NCBI GenBank assembly: GCA_026026165.1
Contig: JAPEUD010000010.1
Span: forward strand, 372,001 to 436,000
DNA: 64,000 nt
Direction of reading: 5' to 3'
Source of the DNA: Sarea resinae
Lineage: Eukaryota
This document shows, one piece after another, positions 11,903 through 22,518 of this stretch. The notes beneath the pieces are model-generated. The model was not told the DNA's origin, made no database searches, and saw only the letters and a program-made list of their open reading frames with translations. How positions within the stretch are numbered: the first letter of the stretch is position 1; each line of letters opens with the position of its first letter. The position numbers and the translations under genes were made by a program.

Positions 11903-13051
11903 ATGAGCGCTCCCGTCTCCTCCTCCGCTTCGGAATCCTCCAAGCCGGTCGCCATCGTCACGGGCGCCGCATCTGGCATCGGCCTCGAGGTCACCAAGCT
12001 CCTGCTGGCGCGCAACTACACGGTCGTGCTGGCAGACCTGAACGAGGCCCTCGGGAAGCAACAATCCGAGCTCCTGGGCCCGCACACGAGCTTCGTGGCG
12101 TGCGACTCCTCGTCGTGGGAGAGCCAGGTGGCCGTGTTCAAGGCGACATTCGCACGCTTCGGGCGCGTCGACTTTGTGGCCGCCAACGCCGGCATCGCCG
12201 AAAGCCCGCCGTCGGTCTACGGCGACAAGGCGGCCGCCGCCGCTGCGGCCCTGCAGGGTAAGCAGCACGACCTCGAGCCCACCAAGCCGAACCTCAAGGT
12301 CGTCGACGTCAATCTGGTCGGCGTCATCTATACCGTCAGTCTGGCGGCGCAGTATATGCGGCTGAACGCGGCGCCGAGGGCGGGCGGCAAGATCGTGGTC
12401 ACGGCGAGCGCGCTCGGCATTCATCCGATGCCTGCCATGCCTCTCTACACGACGACCAAGCACGGTGTAAGCAGTCTTCTCTTCCGCCTGCCCACCACCT
12501 CCTTTTCCTCGGCTTGAAAAGTGCAACGAGTCAACTTCAAAACTATCCACAACTCCTTTCTCTATCTCCTCTCCTTCACGGCACTTCACTTCACTTCCCT
12601 CACCTCCTTCACCCCTGTCTTCAACCTCACCCTCCTCTTCCCTCCCCCCCCCCCCCCCCCCCCCCCCCCCTTTTGTTTTTTCTCCACACACAACCCCGCA
12701 CTAACCTCCCTCCCCCCCCTTCCCCACCAACAGCTCATCGGCCTCACCCGCGCCACCGCCCCCTTCCTCAGCCAATCCCACATCTCCATCTCGGCCATCT
12801 GTCCCGCCATCACGGAGACGCCCCTCACACACAGCATGATCGGCGCCATGCCGCCGGCCATCATCTCGACCATGGACGCGGTCCTGCGCGGCTACGCCTC
12901 GCTGGTCGACGCCGCGGGCCAGGACGCCGCGGGCAAGGTGCTCGAGATCACCGACGACGGCGTGCATGAGCGCCCGTTCCAGTTTCCGGAGCTGAGCCGC
13001 AATTGGATCGAGGCGGCGTTTTTGTTGGGGGGTGGGGAGGGGGGCGCGTAG
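11903..13051 (+). CDS. Classical short-chain dehydrogenase/reductase, paralog B
   Basis: Motifs TGAASGIG, ADLN, NAG, TAS and YTTTK. A single 267-nt intron at 12467-12733 joins KHG to LIGLTRATAPFL. It aligns end to end with paralog A. Confidence 0.9.
12644..12670. repeat. C27 homopolymer in the SDR-B intron
   Basis: 27 consecutive C within a pyrimidine-rich intron. Confidence 0.95.
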
Positions 13052-13847
13052 GTGTTGATGGCGATGTTGGTGGTGATGTTGGTGGTGGTGTGTGGATAGG
13101 GATTACGAAAGGGATTGGGAGAAGGAGAGGGATGGGGATAGGGCATAGGGGCCACGTATTCACTCCAGAGTAGAGCCGTGAAAGAGGCTTTCTTAGATTT
13201 TCTTAGCATCTTAGTGACTAAATAGCAGCAGCATCATCATCATCATCAATATATAAATCCCACTACACCACAACACATCACATCACATCACACCAACATC
13301 ACAGGCGTACCCCTGACGGGGGGCTCTCTCCCTCCTATGCATAAATCTTCCTTATTTGCAATTTTTTTCTGATACAGGCTTGATAATGATTCCTGGGTTT
13401 GCGTTTTCATGAAATGGGAAAGGTTTGGGGGATTGGAGGTGGAGGTGAAGGTAGAGCTAGAGAGGGAGCCGGAGCTGGAGATGCTGGATAATAGATGCTA
13501 AATGCTAAATGCTTATGCTCAATGCTCAATGCTCGCAAAATGCTAAATGCAGAATACCCCAAACCTAACGACTAAAAAAGACCCCCCCCCCCCCAAGAAT
13601 GCCCAATGAACAACTACAAACATATGCTACTGTTCTCGCAACAAAAGAGAGACTCAAGGCTCTAAATAAAACAGAATATCTAAAAGAGCGCATGCCTGCG
13701 AGAGAAGCGACCGGCGCTTCCGAATCGTAAGTATGTGTGGGTGTGCTCCATCTATCTGTGTTCATATCCAAGACACCACCACCACCACCACCACCACGAG
13801 TAGATGGCCAATCAATCAGTCAAAGGTCATGGCTCACAAGCAACGGG

Positions 13848-15906
13848 CTAAGACCTGCGGGGTCTCTTCCTCGTGGCCCCGATGGCCTCCGATTCCGAGT
13901 CATCGTCAGGGCCGGCGGCCCGGCGTCTCTTCTTGATGATGGCTGGGCCGACCGGGGCGCGCTCGAGTAGGTGCATATTTTCCTCTAGGAAGCGCTGGGC
14001 GTCGGCGCCGCCGGCGTTCTGCTGTGCGTTCTGCACCATGGCGCTGGCTTCGGCGAGGCCGAGGAGCCGCGCCATGGGGCCACCACCACCACCACGCGGC
14101 ATGTTGGCACCGGTGGCTGCTGCTGCTGCTGCTGCCGCCGCCTCTGCCCGTTCGGCGCGCTGGCGGCTGATGAGCTCAGAGAACCCGACCGGCTCCTGGC
14201 GCTTGAGCAGTCCCATGGCTTCCTGGGCTTGGGCCTGGAGAGCTTCGGCGTCGATGTCGTTGGCGGCGGCGCCGCCGTCGCCCCCGAAACCACCGTCGCC
14301 ATCACTGCTGTCACTATCTGAACTGGAGCGGCCTCGTCTGCTGCTGGGAGCCTTAGAAGGGTCCGAGGAGAGGATAAGAGGCGCGCTCGGATTATTGCCA
14401 GGCTTATCGTCGTCGTCGCTGTGAGGCGGCGGGCCTCGGCGGACCCTCGAGGGCGGGGCAGCCGGTCTGACGAAGTGATGGTCCCGATCAAGAAAGGAGC
14501 CCTGGAACCAGGGGAAACTGGCGATTTCGTTAATTATGGGCCTGTCATTCGGCTCGATGGCAAGCATAGCTTGCAGCACATCAGCGCAGTCCTGAGAGAG
14601 GTCTTCTCGAACGTGAAGAGGCTCGTTCAGCATGCGCTCGCGTCGGGCATTACGTACTTTTCGATCTTCCGATCCCCAATGATTATAATTATAATGACCG
14701 AGTGGGTCCGAATATGACCATAGGTCAGGGTCGGGCGAGTCCCAAGGCACGTAGCCATGCAAAAGCTGATATACCATCACGGCAAAGCGCCACAGCTGAG
14801 CGTGTCTAACCGTGATGAAAGGCGCTTTAAGCGGGACTTGAATGGTGCGAAGGTCATCTTTCCATTCGAATCTGTCATAAAGGCCTCGGCACATCTCTGG
14901 TGTAAGGCGATCTTCGACCTCATAGTTATTGGGGAGATGATCATAACACTGGTCTCGGCCGCTCAGAACGAACTCGAGCGAATCGAAGTCGATGAGTTGA
15001 ACCTGAAGACGACACTAGTCAGTAAACATCACTAGAGATTAGGGAAAGACACTGGGATTTAAACATACGTTGAGGTCCTCGTCGACCAGGTAATTTCGCT
15101 GGCTAAGATCCTGGTGAGTCAGGCTCCGATCTTCTAGAAAGAGCAGCGCTTCCAGCATCTGCGAGGCAACCTTGCAGCACTGTATCTCATCGAGCATGGG
15201 CCGTTTCTTGCGAGTAAGATTGATGCCACTGAAACCAGGATGTCTCGGCGCATCCTCGAGACGTAGAAGAGTAGGTTCGGTATTCATAGCCGGGTTGAAA
15301 TCCACCGAGAATTGGTCCATGACTATAATCGTATAAGGGCCGTGTCGAAAGGACGCATGAATCTTGGAGACACGGTCGCAAGCTTTGATACAAAAAAGCT
15401 TGCAAGCCTCCTGGTGCATAGTGAGAGCTTTTTGATTGCCAATACGAACAAAGTCTCCAGGATCATGACCCTGAATCTTTATCGCATAGTGCTTGATAGG
15501 CTCCCCCGGGTTGCGAGGTTTGCTTCGACCAGCGAAGACACACCCGAAAGCTATATGGATATCAGCAATGCTTTTGAATTTCAACGAGAAGAGATGACTT
15601 ACTACCAGATCCAATATGCCCATATAATTCATAGCTCTTATAAAATTCTCTGCACCAAGTGCGAAGGAAACGGTTCCCAACCTTGTTCGCAGGCCAACCA
15701 TGATAATTATCATGCAGAATTTTAGGAAGGGCATGCCATGCTGGAGCGTGGTCCCTGTTTTGGCATCCGAACAATTCGGAGTCAAAGTGACTGGGGTAAA
15801 GGTTGCGAAATGGGTGGTTCTGGTCCAACTGCATAGCACGTAGCCCCCGTCGAAGCTTTTCCGCATCTATATTTTCAACAGTAGTGCTTTCAGAAGGGCT
15901 AGACAT
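13848..15906 (-). CDS. Highly divergent eukaryotic protein kinase with a low-complexity, basic-ended C-terminal tail
   Basis: ATG at 15906 (ACCATGT). Introns at 15551-15602 and 15003-15068 restore GSGTFG, YAIK, alphaC Glu (HQEA), HQDLSQRN, IDFD, LTPE, QLWRFA..YQLLHG..PW and DRP..EI..FPWF. Confidence 0.8.
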
Positions 15907-17047
15907 GGTGACGGTTTCGAAAATCAACGTTATAGAAGTATACAGAAATCTGAAGAGTAAATGAACAATGTTTTTGGCAAACATGATCCTCAATATATAG
16001 TTCTTCACCGATCTGCATGATTCTTCGGCGGCTTGAAAACATTCACAAAGGTTCTCTGGTGAGCCTTTCTTTGATTGTTCAGTGCCCTTGTTCTGAGCGA
16101 CGAACACGTGAATGCTTTGTTGCAGTTTCATCAATGGAGGAAATGGCTATGAATGACTGATGAAATTCATTCGGCCGAATCAATCCAAACAATGCCATTG
16201 AGACGCTTCATCAAAGCAATGAAACAAAGTATTCGTTGAAGCACAAGAACAAGGAAGAGAAAGAGAGGAAGACAATGAATTCTCTTTGACCCGCATCGCA
16301 GGGTTCCAAGCATTGCAGAGGAGCGTCCCCATCATGCTAAGGAAACTCATTTCGAGTAATGCTGAAAGAGTTGTGCTGCGGAGGGTTGGCTAATTCCAGG
16401 TTTAATGCCTGACTGACCTGATAGCGTTGTGCGTTATATACCTGTTGGGTAATTGTGAAGCCGCCTTCAAAGCCAAGAAATCGTCGCTGCTGAAGATATC
16501 AGGTTCCTAAAGCAAGATGTGGTCTCTGCATAAGATCATCTTGCGGCATCTTTGGCCTATAGTCACAGAGCGATCTGAGTTTTAGGCAAAGAAAGATCCT
16601 CGAGTGAATGTAAAGCTTAAGAGGACGGCTCCATCAAGTCGTAGTCTCCATGTAATGTTTGAAGCTGAATTCTGCCATCTCGAACTTCTCTTTGTTCAAA
16701 GGTACGAAAATTCTTTTCGACTGATTCGATGGCGCTCAAAATCATCTGACTCATCAAGCAAGGCCTCTTCGCGCAGCCGGCACCTCTAGTTCAGAAATGG
16801 CAATGATATCTCCCGATCTGAAGGTAAGCAGCATTCCTATACTTGAAATGTCCATGAATGGGTAGCTTCAAGGTCGCGGTTTAAACAAGCAACGTGACGC
16901 GCGAGAGTAGAACAACGCATGTGTGAGGATAAGAAAAGCGACGCCGTTTGAAAGAGTGTTTTTCGCTCAGTACCCAATATCTTAGCATCAACTGCTAATC
17001 TCAATCTGTGCTCCAAATCCAAGGCCCTCAACACGCAATCCCACTAT

Positions 17048-17696
17048 CTACTCGGATGCGCCGGCAGCACTTCTCTCGGCAACCACCTCGAAAATCTTTC
17101 GATGCATATCACGGTGACTGCTGTTGATCGTCGTCTTCACGAATGGCATAACAAGCATGTTGCAATTGACTTTTGAAACCTCAATCAGTCTCACACTGCT
17201 TACGGCGTCATCAAGACTGCCTTGGTCAGACGGGCTTTGTCCCGCAGTCACCGTCCAAGTTGACTCGGACGAGAATCCGAGAGGCGCGGCAACCCTGACG
17301 AATACGCCCTCAGGAGAATCGGTGAAATAGGCCGTATAGACAACCTTTGTGGACCAGAGATTGTAGGGGAGAACGGGCATACAGTCGGTCACTTCATAGC
17401 TGGAGGTCTTGGCTGCTGATGACGAGTCACCTGATGACTCGCCAGATGATGACTTCTCGGGAATCAGATGATGTGACTGAACCAACGGATTCAGTGTGAT
17501 TAGGAGGGAGTGATCATGCAATGCTGAGATGAGTTGGGACGGGCTGATGTTTGAGGGTAGATTGGTTGTTGTGGTGGATGTATGGGCTGCATTCAGATCT
17601 GTAGATTCGGTGATCGAACAGATTACTTGGTAAGTGAGGTACCCTTTCAGCAGGAAGTGCCTGTCATAGGTGTTCATAGTACGCACAATTGAACAT
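17048..17696 (-). CDS. Conserved fungal hypothetical protein (DUF7053-like)
   Basis: Micro-exon MFN plus an intron at 17599-17686, then LP..IS...LI.ALHDH..LI.LNPLV, YEVTD, F.D.P.GV...V.AP.G, WTV, L.E...V.CN..VMPFVK..SH. Confidence 0.7.
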
Positions 17697-18402
17697 TATT
17701 CTCTGGAAACAGGCTGTCAAAGCCTAATCCACCAATGCCGCCGTTAGAAGATGATGTCGCGCCCTGGGCTGGCCCGAGATGGGGCCTCTAAGCGGGGAAT
17801 ATAAGAACCATAAGCGACGTATGGCGATGGGATTTGGGATCTACCACGTAGACACAATATCGATCCATACGTTAGATACCTTGTGTACATCTCTACTAGT
17901 AGCCTAGGCCTTCTAGGGCTTTGCCCACCAACCTCCTGAATCCTATAGAGAAAGAGGGATCTTATTAGGACGTTGTTTTGTAGCTAGACTATGGTTTAGA
18001 TACAGAGGAGTCTTTTTCTACTCTACATCCTAGACTTTATATCCCCTACTCGTGGGTTCTTAGTCTACATCACGCAGTTTCTTACAAGACTTGATACTAT
18101 TAGTCTGCCTTGGTTATAGAGGTACATTGTGATGGTAATGATATCAAGATTATATACAGAAACAGAAGATCTAGCAATATCTCAAACCCAAAGGCCGTGA
18201 AAACAGGACACTCCACAATGCAACAATATAAGCGTGGCCTTCGCCCGTCAAGGGCCCTAGCAGATGTGAAGAAAGGAAGTTTAGAAAAAGAGAGCAATCG
18301 TACATCAGCCGCCTGTAAATGCAGTTCAATCAACAAGACATCCAAATGCAGAACCCAAAAAAAGGAGATAAGAATAAGCCATTTTTAGCCTGTCACGACC
18401 AG

Positions 18403-19338
18403 TCATAGAGACTGGGAATATATCATCCAACAGGATAAGACAGTCATGCTAAGCATGGGATATCCAATTTGCGTCCGCATTGATGCACTCGAAATGTCAA
18501 ACGGACTGCCTCCGCCACTACCCGCGTCCCCATTGGAATCATGCGTTGAAGTCGGCCTGGTCTTGGTCTTTGTGCTCGTACTGCTAGTTGTAGAAGTAGT
18601 TATTAAGCTACTTTGACTGGGGATTGCAGGTGGCGACGATGTATCTGTTGCTATGCCGCTGCTCGTCGAGGACACAGGCTGTACTGTCGTAGTTTGACGG
18701 AGCGTAGTATGAGAGACCCTCGGTGTCGTTGCGGCAGCAACAGACTGCGATGACGAAGAGGCGGCGCTTGAAGGATTTGAGGTTGAGAGTTTGGTTGATG
18801 ATGGTGCGGCTGAATTGTAAGTTGAAGATACTAGGATGGTCGAAGAGCACGATGGTGGGGAAGTTGTGTCGACATCTAGACTAGGCGAAGCACTTTGAAG
18901 AGAAGAAGCAATCATAGTGCTGCTGCCAATGCTCTCAGTAGCTGTTCGTGTCGATGCTGGTGTTTCCGTAGCCACAGTACTACTCTGGCCTCTCGCGGTT
19001 GTGGGTGTGGAAGCAACCGCATTAGGACATAAGGCTTGGACACCATTTCCTGCGAGGAACTCGCCGAGTAATGTATCGCCCGATACGCTAGCAGAACCGC
19101 ATGCCGTGGAGATCAATTCGCTCATGGTCTGAAGAGCTGTAATGCAGCTGCTCGAGCAGGCTGCGCCATTCTCGAAATCTGAACCTTGGCATTCCGATAT
19201 CGGTGCGTTGTAGGCCGTCTGGCATATAAAAGGTACGCTTGACGAGACTGATTGGAAGTCGGACAGGGCGAGAGCACTGACTGCTGATGGGAGGAGGGGT
19301 AGCACAATAATGGAAGCGGATAGAAACTTTGACCACAT
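18403..19338 (-). CDS. Secreted/cell-surface protein: signal peptide, six-Cys domain, Ser/Thr-rich stalk, probable GPI signal
   Basis: MWSKFLSASIIVLPLLPSAVSA signal, six Cys in the next ~85 aa, a long S/T tract, GSGGGSPFD, and a hydrophobic C-terminus. Confidence 0.8.
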   Translation of the reverse strand: MWSKFLSASIIVLPLLPSAVSALALSDFQSVSSSVPFICQTAYNAPISECQGSDFENGAACSSSCITALQTMSELISTACGSASVSGDTLLGEFLAGNGVQALCPNAVASTPTTARGQSSTVATETPASTRTATESIGSSTMIASSLQSASPSLDVDTTSPPSCSSTILVSSTYNSAAPSSTKLSTSNPSSAASSSSQSVAAATTPRVSHTTLRQTTTVQPVSSTSSGIATDTSSPPAIPSQSSLITTSTTSSTSTKTKTRPTSTHDSNGDAGSGGGSPFDISSASMRTQIGYPMLSMTVLSCWMIYSQSL

Positions 19339-21102
19339 CTGGCGCATTTGCTGGCACAACGTGTAAGAAAATTTGAAGAATGTCTGATGTTGGCAAGCGG
19401 CAGAGGCTGGATATCGATGTCTAAATGGATCGAGAATGACGTGAAACTTCAAAAGGATGAGAGGTGAAGGATGGAAGTGATGCTGTCAAGTAATTGCCGT
19501 GTTGATTACGAGATGGTGAAGTGAGTCTAAGTCGATTGTACAGCGTCTGCGCGTGATAGTATTGTGAAGGCGGACCCCAATCGCTGGCTATGGAGGGCTT
19601 GGATGAGGAGGAAATGAGGTAGATGCCGGATCTACCGGTGTATGATTCTCGTGGGTTCTTGTCGTTATCAGAATAGGTAGTCTCCGTGGATATGCAGTAA
19701 TGTGACGCAGATCCAGCTCAACTGGACAAAGGTAGGTAATCTTCTGTAAGGTCTTCGCAAAAAGGCGCCTTCCTGGGCACCTAAGATGAATTGCATGAGG
19801 TTATGAGTAGAGCGAAGTTCATTCGAGTGACTGTGAGAGAAGGTCTCTAGTGAGGACGAAAGCAATGACCAATCTGTGATGATTCACGAAAGGAGAGAGG
19901 GGAAAGACAGAAAGAGAGAAAGAGAGAAAGAGAGAAAGAGAGAAAGGGAGAAAGGGAGAAGAACGAAAGCAACTCGGGTCAAAGAGAATGGTGACAAGGC
20001 ACAGCGGCGAGCCTCTCCAACCCATCGAGTATGCTCTCTCCTTCGACAAAGGACATTTTTGGTTCAACGGACAGGCATCTAGCGAATCAAGGAATCAATC
20101 AGGCCTGTCCAGGGCCTCTCGTCAGCCTACGGCCTACAGCACAAGCCACCGGCTTTGGTCGAACCTATGGCATTGCGATCCTTTGAGCATTCCGATGGTG
20201 TCAGGACGACTAAAGGGAATCCATTTGGGGCTCCGTGGCCATACGCGCGCTGCATCCAGAGATTCTTTGTCGCCGGCACGCACATGAAACAAGTTCCCGA
20301 CAGATGTCAGATCGATCGGCCCTGCCATTGGTCCAGGGCCAGAGGTACTATTTTAAGACGGGAACAGGGTGCGAAGGCTGCGGAGGTACTTTACTTCTTC
20401 CCGTAGGTACCTGGAGCAGCCGTCCATGCGCCCAAGAGATCGGAGTACCTTACGTGACATGGTAGGTAGCTCGAGCGCAAGAAAGCCCCCTTGGGTACTT
20501 CGGACACAAGGTTACTGCCGTACGCGCTCGCGACATGCGACGATCATCCTGAGTCTAAGATCCGGTCTCGATCCCAATGCTCAATCCAATGTTCAAATCA
20601 TCGAGGAAACTGCTGTCAAGCTTATAGTAGATCAAATGACTACCAAGCTACGGTATCCATCAAGCCCATTCCCCTTCCCCCAGTCAAGCCGATCTGACAC
20701 TATGCTGTGCTATGTTGTGCTGCAAATTGCGTTTGTAAAGAGGCTTTCACACTGGCCAGATGCGAAATGGAATATCGTATGGATCTGTAATCTCAGCTTC
20801 TAATGATAGGTTGCTAGGACAAGGGGTTCTATTCTAGAGGAGGTCTAGAAGAAGTGGCAGGAGAATGAGGAGCAGAAGAAGAAGGAAAGGAGAAGGAAAA
20901 GTATTGGGGAAAAAAACCAAGAGGAAAAGATGCAACGTCATCAGATGAAAAGGAAAGCCACGCTATGCAGATGACCCGATGACATGATGCACGTAAAGCA
21001 TAGAGCCCACTCCGAGGAAGACGGTTTAGGGATGAGATCAAACGACACCAGAAGACGCAACACCCACCCACCCAATCGCCCACCTAACCAGCGACAAGCA
21101 GA

Positions 21103-22518
21103 TCAGATACTCCCATACTCCGCAGCGCCGTTCTCGTTCTCGCCCTCGCCCCTACTAAGCAAGCCTTGCTCTTCTCCGCTCCCGCCGTCTGGCTCGACGG
21201 CTGCACGATCGCTGGGACTAGGACTAGGCACCCAGCCCCTCATCCACCCACTGACTCTCCTCCACCTCCATCTGCCCCTGCCCCTGCCCGTCTCACTCTC
21301 GCCTTCATCCTCGTCTCTCAAAACCATCTCTCCAACTTCTTCTTCGTCGCCCTCAACGACCCTGAACATCAAGAATTGTAATCCGACAGTCGCGTCCAGC
21401 GCTAACACCCCAGCGGCTCCGAGCCAGAATGGCACCGCTCTCCCCACCCAATCCCACCTCTCGCTGCCCTCCTCTCCGACCCAGCCGCCTCCGCCATAAG
21501 CGGGAAACGAGGACCAGGCGCATGGATTAGTGAGGAGCGAGGCCGAGTAGAAGAGATTGCCGAAGAAGGCGGCAATGAAGAGCGCGGCTGAGAGCCCCGC
21601 TGTCGAGCGACGGCTGTGGTTTTTGTAGAGTTGGGGGAGGCGGGAGCCGAGGTAGAGGAGAGTTGAGGTCCAGGATAGTATGGTGCCTGCTGTTTCTGTT
21701 GCGGTGGGGCTACTCTGGGTAGCAATCATGAGTGGATTGGAGGATGATGGAGACGGATGCCCAGAGACGAGGGTAATGAGCAGGGCGATGCAAAGGATTG
21801 TCTTAGGTGATGGCATTGGAGAGGCGGAATGTTGGAGTCGGTGGATGGTGCGGGGAGCAGTAGTGCTTGCGCCAAAAGGGCTTGAAGAAGTCGCCTTTTC
21901 TTTCGTTGGTGGGGAATCACTGAAGTTGGGCGTGTGGAAGACATTGTCCCCCCCTGATGATATCTTTCTGGCATACGCCTTTTTAGAGTCGGATCGACCG
22001 CTGTCTTCCGATCGACGTCCCTCAGATCCTGAATCGCTAGGTGAGATGCCAATCAAGACAGCGCCCGTTCCACGATCGTTGCCGTCGCCTCTGCCGTCCA
22101 TGAAAGAGAGGTCCATCCCCTTGGATCTTCCGTGATACAGATGCTCGTACCACAACCATTGAGCAACGAGCATCATGTCCACGCAGACATAGTATCCAGC
22201 CACCACCACTTGCCAAGCTGCCTGTTTCGTGAACAGAGCGCCGAGGAGATTAGAGGCATCCCCTAGACACCACTCGACGAGGAAGAAAATCGAAAGGCCG
22301 GACGTAGATTTGAGAGAGTAGTTCTTGAAGATCTGGGGGAGTTGCGCGAAGAGCCATGAGACGATGCTGAGGGAGCCGAGAAGAGTAGAAATAAATGCGA
22401 GATTGGAAGGGATGCAGGTGTGGCTATATGATGAGAGGAGTAGGAGGAAGTCATTCTGTGGCTCGCAGTGGTCTGGGGGTGAAGGAGACCACGCTTCGAG
22501 TGAAAAGGATGAACTCAT
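21103..22518 (-). CDS. PQ-loop vacuolar membrane transporter (Ypq1/Rtc2/PQLC2-like)
   Basis: Two PQ motifs (SWLFAQLPQIFKNY..STSGLS and YLGSRLPQLYKN..RRSTAGLS), plus W..GD..NL.GA; intronless. Confidence 0.9.
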   Translation of the reverse strand: MSSSFSLEAWSPSPPDHCEPQNDFLLLLSSYSHTCIPSNLAFISTLLGSLSIVSWLFAQLPQIFKNYSLKSTSGLSIFFLVEWCLGDASNLLGALFTKQAAWQVVVAGYYVCVDMMLVAQWLWYEHLYHGRSKGMDLSFMDGRGDGNDRGTGAVLIGISPSDSGSEGRRSEDSGRSDSKKAYARKISSGGDNVFHTPNFSDSPPTKEKATSSSPFGASTTAPRTIHRLQHSASPMPSPKTILCIALLITLVSGHPSPSSSNPLMIATQSSPTATETAGTILSWTSTLLYLGSRLPQLYKNHSRRSTAGLSAALFIAAFFGNLFYSASLLTNPCAWSSFPAYGGGGWVGEEGSERWDWVGRAVPFWLGAAGVLALDATVGLQFLMFRVVEGDEEEVGEMVLRDEDEGESETGRGRGRWRWRRVSGWMRGWVPSPSPSDRAAVEPDGGSGEEQGLLSRGEGENENGAAEYGSI

